64,000 nucleotides of DNA. It comes from Octopus sinensis (taxonomy: Eukaryota). How positions within the stretch are numbered: position 1 is the first letter of the stretch; the number at the start of each line of letters is the position of its first letter. Below the pieces are notes generated by a model. That model did not search any database and was not told the DNA's origin. It was given only the letters and a program-made list of their open reading frames with translations. Made by a program: the position numbers and the translations under genes. Of this stretch, positions 59,703 through 64,000 are shown in pieces. The stretch is from positions 32,922,001 through 32,986,000 of the forward strand of contig NC_043000.1 of NCBI RefSeq assembly GCF_006345805.1, in the 5' to 3' direction.

Positions 59703-60929
59703 TGAATGGTCGCAAACTTAAATCATTTAGCATTTAAACTAGCCACACAAGGCACAAAGATTCTGTGAGAGATGCAACCTCTCACACCTACCCAGCACAA
59801 TTAATTTAAAACAATGTGCCAGTGGCACATAAAAGCACTATCCAAATGTGGTCGATGCCAGTCCCCTCTAGCCCCTGTGCCGGTGGTGTGTAAAAAGCAC
59901 CCACTACACTCTCGGAGTGGTTGACATTAGGAAGGGCATCCAGCTTTAGAAACACTGCCAAATCAAGATTGGAGCCTGGTGCAGCCTCCTGGCTTCCCAG
60001 ACCCCCAGTTGAACTGCCCAACCCATGCCAGCATGGAAAGCAGATGTTAAATGATGATGATGTGAATCAAAAAGCATCTGAGAGAGTATACCCTGGCACC
60101 TGAAAAGCACCATCCGTACGTGGCCGATGCCAGTGCTGCCTTGACTGGTTTCCGTGCTGGTGGCACGTTAAAAGCACCCACTACACTCACGGAGTGGTTG
60201 GCGTTAGGAAGGGCATCCAGCTGTAGAAACACTGCCAGATCAGACTGAAGCCTGGTGCAGCCTCCTGGCTTCCCAGACCCCGGTCGAACCGTCCAACCCA
60301 TGCTAGCATGGAAAACGGACGTTAAACGATGATGATGATGATGTGTGACCTTTAGGCAGAGCCAGGTCATTGTAGTGGACCTGGTATAAAGTGAATCATA
60401 GTGAACGAGGAAATAGTGTTCACAATGTGTTACACTGAATAAACTTTGACAAGGCATCGATGCAACACCGAGAACAAATGCGATTTTGTACCAGCAACTC
60501 CTGTGCTGAGCAACATTGTAGAACTGCAGAAAGTTCCAGCAGGTCCTGTCAAGCAATTTCAGATTCTTTGATAGCATCTATTGGAAATCATAAGGGAAGA
60601 TCACCTAAGTATGTGGTACACCCCAACAGTACCTCAGCATCTTCAAGAATCTGTACTAAGACCTTAGATTGTGTGTCAGGACAGATAATGGTAACCACAA
60701 GTTTAGCATCGTTACTGGCATCTGTTAAGGCTGCATCTAACTGAAGGCTCTTTTGCTTCTTGTTTGGTAGAAAGCAATGCAGGGCTGTAGGGGAGACTAA
60801 TGGCGTCAGCCTGTTTGCAGAAACAAGAGAGGAACAGCAAGATCAAAAGAGAAAAACTTGGGCCCCGAATCAGCTGTGGAAAGATTAAGATGATGCAGGG
60901 TTAATGCCACAATTAAATGTTCCATCTTC

Positions 60930-61252
60930 AGCAGTTGTGGTCGATGGAAGGCCATAGGTGTGGCTACAGGAATCAGCTCCTTGCCATTCCTCCAGAAAGA
61001 GTCAAAAGTGATTGTCTAAGAATTTCTATGACTTTACCAGCTCCAATTTCTGGACACCTAATTCCACCCCAATTGGAATCCCAAGGATTATTATATGTGG
61101 GATGCAGTTGAAAATGACACCAAGGCTGAAATGGTGATGAACATCAAGGAGGTGCTTGAAGATCTTCCCAGGGACACATTTATTTAGGCAGGGGCTATTG
61201 GAGTAGCTTTCCCTTTTAAGCAAACTGTCAAATTTAGCCTGAACACTCTGTG
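60930..61252 (+). mobile_element. Tc1/mariner transposase 3' remnant
   Basis: QESAPCHSSRKSQK*LSKNFYDFTSSNFWTPNS...DYYMWDAVE-like decayed motif. Confidence 0.65.
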
Positions 61253-61372
61253 TGTCTATATGTGTATGTGTGATATATATATATACAAATAACGATGACG
61301 ATGATACATACATACACACACACTATAGATGCATATATATTTATATGCACATATACATACTACACATGCATA

Positions 61373-61409
<37 letters not shown>

Positions 61410-61424
61410 CTTTTCTTTTTTTTT

Positions 61425-61781
61425 CATTTTACTTGTTTCAGTCATTTGACTGCGGCCATGCTGGAGCACCGCCTTTAGTCGAGCAAATCGACCCCGAGAC
61501 TTATTCTTTGTAAGCCCAGTACTTATTCTATTGGACCGCTAAGTGACAGGGACGTAAACACACCAGCATCGGTTGTCAAGCAATGCTAGGGGGACAAACA
61601 CACACATATATATATATATACACATATATACGACAGGGTTCTTTCAGTTTCCACCCATCAAATCCACTCACAAGGCTTTGGTCGGTCTGAGGATATAGTA
61701 GCAGACACTTGCCCAAGGTGCCACGCAGTGGGACTGAACCTGGAACCATGTGGTTAGGAAGCAAGCTTCTTACCACACAGC
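61425..61781 (-). mobile_element. CORE-type SINE family 1
   Basis: Same head and tail as family 1. Confidence 0.88.
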
Positions 61782-61934
61782 CTGAATAGTTGCAAACTTA
61801 ATCATTTAGCAGTTAAGCTGGCCACACCAGGCACAAAGATTCCGAGAGAGATCCAGCCTCTCACAATAAGGGGCCTCAAGACCAGACATCCATAGGACCA
61901 TTCACTGAGCTTGCAGTGATAGGGGCATACCTAC

Positions 61935-62590
61935 ACAATCAGGCCCCACCTCTGAATTTGCTTCCTCATAATTTCCAGAAGATTAGATATCTATTTTAAT
62001 GAAATTTTCTACAAATAGGCTTCAGACGGTTTTAATTCCTATTATATTGGAATTTGTGGTGAAAATATTTTTTTTCCGAGGGTGGGATGGAGTGTTTTTT
62101 AAAAGTTTACGTGTCAACTTTGCTCCCTCATAACTTTCAGAAAAATGGGTAATTATGAAATTTCCTACAAATACTTTTTTGTAGATTACGATTAAATCAG
62201 AATTTAATAGGAAAAATAAAATCTGGCTGGCTCGTATACATACATACTGACACACAACTCATATACATACCTATAAAATGAAGCTTGAAATTTCGAAAAA
62301 AACATAAACGTACTCTACACACTCTAAAAGACATTTGAAGAAAAATTCATTTAAAAATTCACATTTTCCTGAAAGATACGAGGAAACAAAGCCAACTCGT
62401 GTATATTTTCCGAAACTCGCTACCCAACCTTCGGAAAAAATAAATAATTTCACATTAAATTCTGATATAATCGCAATCTGTACCATCTGGAGAATATTTG
62501 TAGAAAATTTTATAAGTACCCATTTTTCTGGAAGTTAGAGGAAACAAAATCGGGAGTGAGGTGGGGTGGGGCGCCGTGTACGTACACCAT
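61935..62590. mobile_element. MITE-like element with long imperfect inverted ends
   Basis: 61940-62020 is the approximate reverse complement of 62495-62580 (cctc-taa-ttccagaa...aaattttctacaaata); a third internal copy of the motif lies at about 62120-62170. Confidence 0.55.
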
Positions 62591-63387
62591 GGTAGGCCCT
62601 GACTGAGCTTTTGACATGAGGGGTTTTGTTAGTTTGTATCTAAGTTGCACAGAGTAACACTGACGGAAGGTCTTGAACAAACAGGGACGTATTTTAAGCA
62701 TATATTTTTAAGACAACACAGGAGGGACAGATTTTAACAATATTTTAGTTTAATGCTATCGTACACACACGCATATATATTTATATTATAAACACATATT
62801 TGTTTACAGTCCTATCAATTCCTGCAAAGAGTGACCAGCGGTGGTTATACACTGGCATTAGCAGAATTGTGATGTACGACTTGTTTGAAATTGGGCTGAA
62901 GCGATTTCAGAAAGTTTAGCTCTAGATAAATTCTACAGAGAAGAAAAAAAACCCAACACCATTAAATAATTATTTCTGTGACATAAGCAACGAAAAGAGA
63001 CAACTAACCAAGAAATAATTATTTCAATTAAAATTCGAACAAATAACAACTTACCAAAGATTTTCGCGGAATTTTTACGAACACCAACTTCTGAGCTTTC
63101 TGATTGGTCAGAGTGATTAACGACTTTAAATAGAAGAAGTTAGTTTTCAAGGGAAGTAATATTAATCACGGTGGAATCCTCTTCATGGTTATTCAATATA
63201 GAAATAGCAGCCGAATCTTCCTTGAATAAGACGCCGTAATCTCTCTCTCTATATATAATCTTAAATAAAATACTATAAAAATAAAAAGGGAAGACTCGAT
63301 GGTTAAACTAGTCCTAGGTAGACTATGCACAGAAAAATAAAAAGAAGACAGTCGGGACTGGACAATGGCAAAGCGAGAAGTTTCAGT

Positions 63388-63818
63388 GACATCGAGCTGG
63401 CAGAATCGTTAGCGCACCGGGCGAAATGCTTAGCGGTATTTCATCTGCGTTACGTTGTGAGTTCAAATTCTGCCGAGGTCGACTTTGCCTTTCATCCTTT
63501 CGGGGTCGATAAATTAAGCACCAGTTACGCACTGGGGTCGATGTAATCGACTTAATACCTATGTATTGTTCCCTATGTTTGTCCCCTCTGTGTATTGTCC
63601 CCTATGTTTGTCCCCTCTGTGGGTAATAAAGAAATAGGTATTTCATCTGGCGTTACGTTCTGAGTTCAAATTCCGCCGAGGTCAACTTTGCCCTTCATCC
63701 TTTCGGGGTCGATAAATTAAGTACCAGTTACGCACTGGGATCGATGTAATCGACTTAATCCCTTTGTCTGTCCTTGTTTGCCCCCTCTATGTTTAGCCCC
63801 TTATGGGCAGTAAAGAAA
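63388..63818 (+). mobile_element. tRNA-derived SINE family 2 (Meta/MESC-domain-like), head-to-tail dimer
   Basis: Head GAGCTGGCAGAATCGTTAGC...GAGTTCAAATTC and central CCTTTCATCCTTTCGGGGTCGATAAATTAAGTACCAG; the second unit starts at about 63635. The Meta-domain assignment is from memory. Confidence 0.82.
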
Positions 63819-64000
63819 TATATATTTTGTTTAGGTTATTTCTACAGATATTCTATATTAATAAAGTTATGAAACTTAGGAGTCCACAAGCATTCATAAG
63901 ATTCTCACAATAATTAATTCCCATTTCTGTAATGTTGAATGGATCGAAAGTAAATGAGACGATACACTTGGCTACATTTAATAAATTCACCAGTTATTCT

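Larger units (their letters stand above)
90..60343. repeat. Dispersed about 180-bp RTE terminal module (SINE-like), more than 20 copies in both orientations
   Basis: Consensus GGCACGTAAAAAGCACCCACTACACTC..GAGTGGTTGGCGTTAGGAAGGGCATCCAGC...AACCCATGCTAGCATGGAAAGCGGACGTTAAA(ATG)n. Approximate copies: 90-460(-), 1175-1290(+), 4215-4410(+), 6601-7140(-), 7490-7780(-), 9080-9305(+), 15335-15780(-), 25850-26490(-), 27370-27610(-), 28921-29510(-), 29597-29810(-), 39326-39490, 39722-39910(-), 44330-44590(+), 44670-44910(-), 45722-45873(+), 56657-56817(+), 59815-60062(+), 60100-60343(+). Confidence 0.9.

Noticed and set aside
63090-63110. CCAAT-box promoter of a downstream gene
   Set aside because: A single short motif with no supporting exon or TSS evidence in the window.

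Overview
AT-rich, repeat-dense eukaryotic DNA, most likely an octopus (coleoid cephalopod) genome; this is inferred from the SINE/RTE families and the gene content. Two spliced host genes lie head-to-head. ORC5 is on the minus strand: 7 coding exons were reconstructed at 28380->3158, all with GT-AG boundaries and an open frame, and the 3' part lies beyond the window start. An LHFPL3/4/5 (TMHS)-family tetraspan gene is on the plus strand: 3 coding exons, 38903-42831, 267 aa. As recalled, this is the same divergent pair as human ORC5-LHFPL3 on 7q22. The rest is mostly transposon-derived. The main element is an almost intact RTE-clade LINE (about 48728-53139) with an APE endonuclease, RT, a C4HC3 PHD-like finger inside the RT region and one 1-nt frameshift. 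Its 3' UTR carries a hierarchical tandem array of about 61-bp hairpin units. The window also holds dozens of truncated copies of that LINE, three tRNA-derived SINE families, remnants of RLE (R4/Dong-like), CR1, Penelope-like, mariner, piggyBac-like, MULE and Helitron elements, two type I hammerhead ribozyme motifs, seven long fold-back palindromes and many microsatellites. There is no CRISPR array and no genuine tRNA or rRNA gene. All coordinates were read by eye; TE boundaries are approximate unless a TSD or TIR is quoted.
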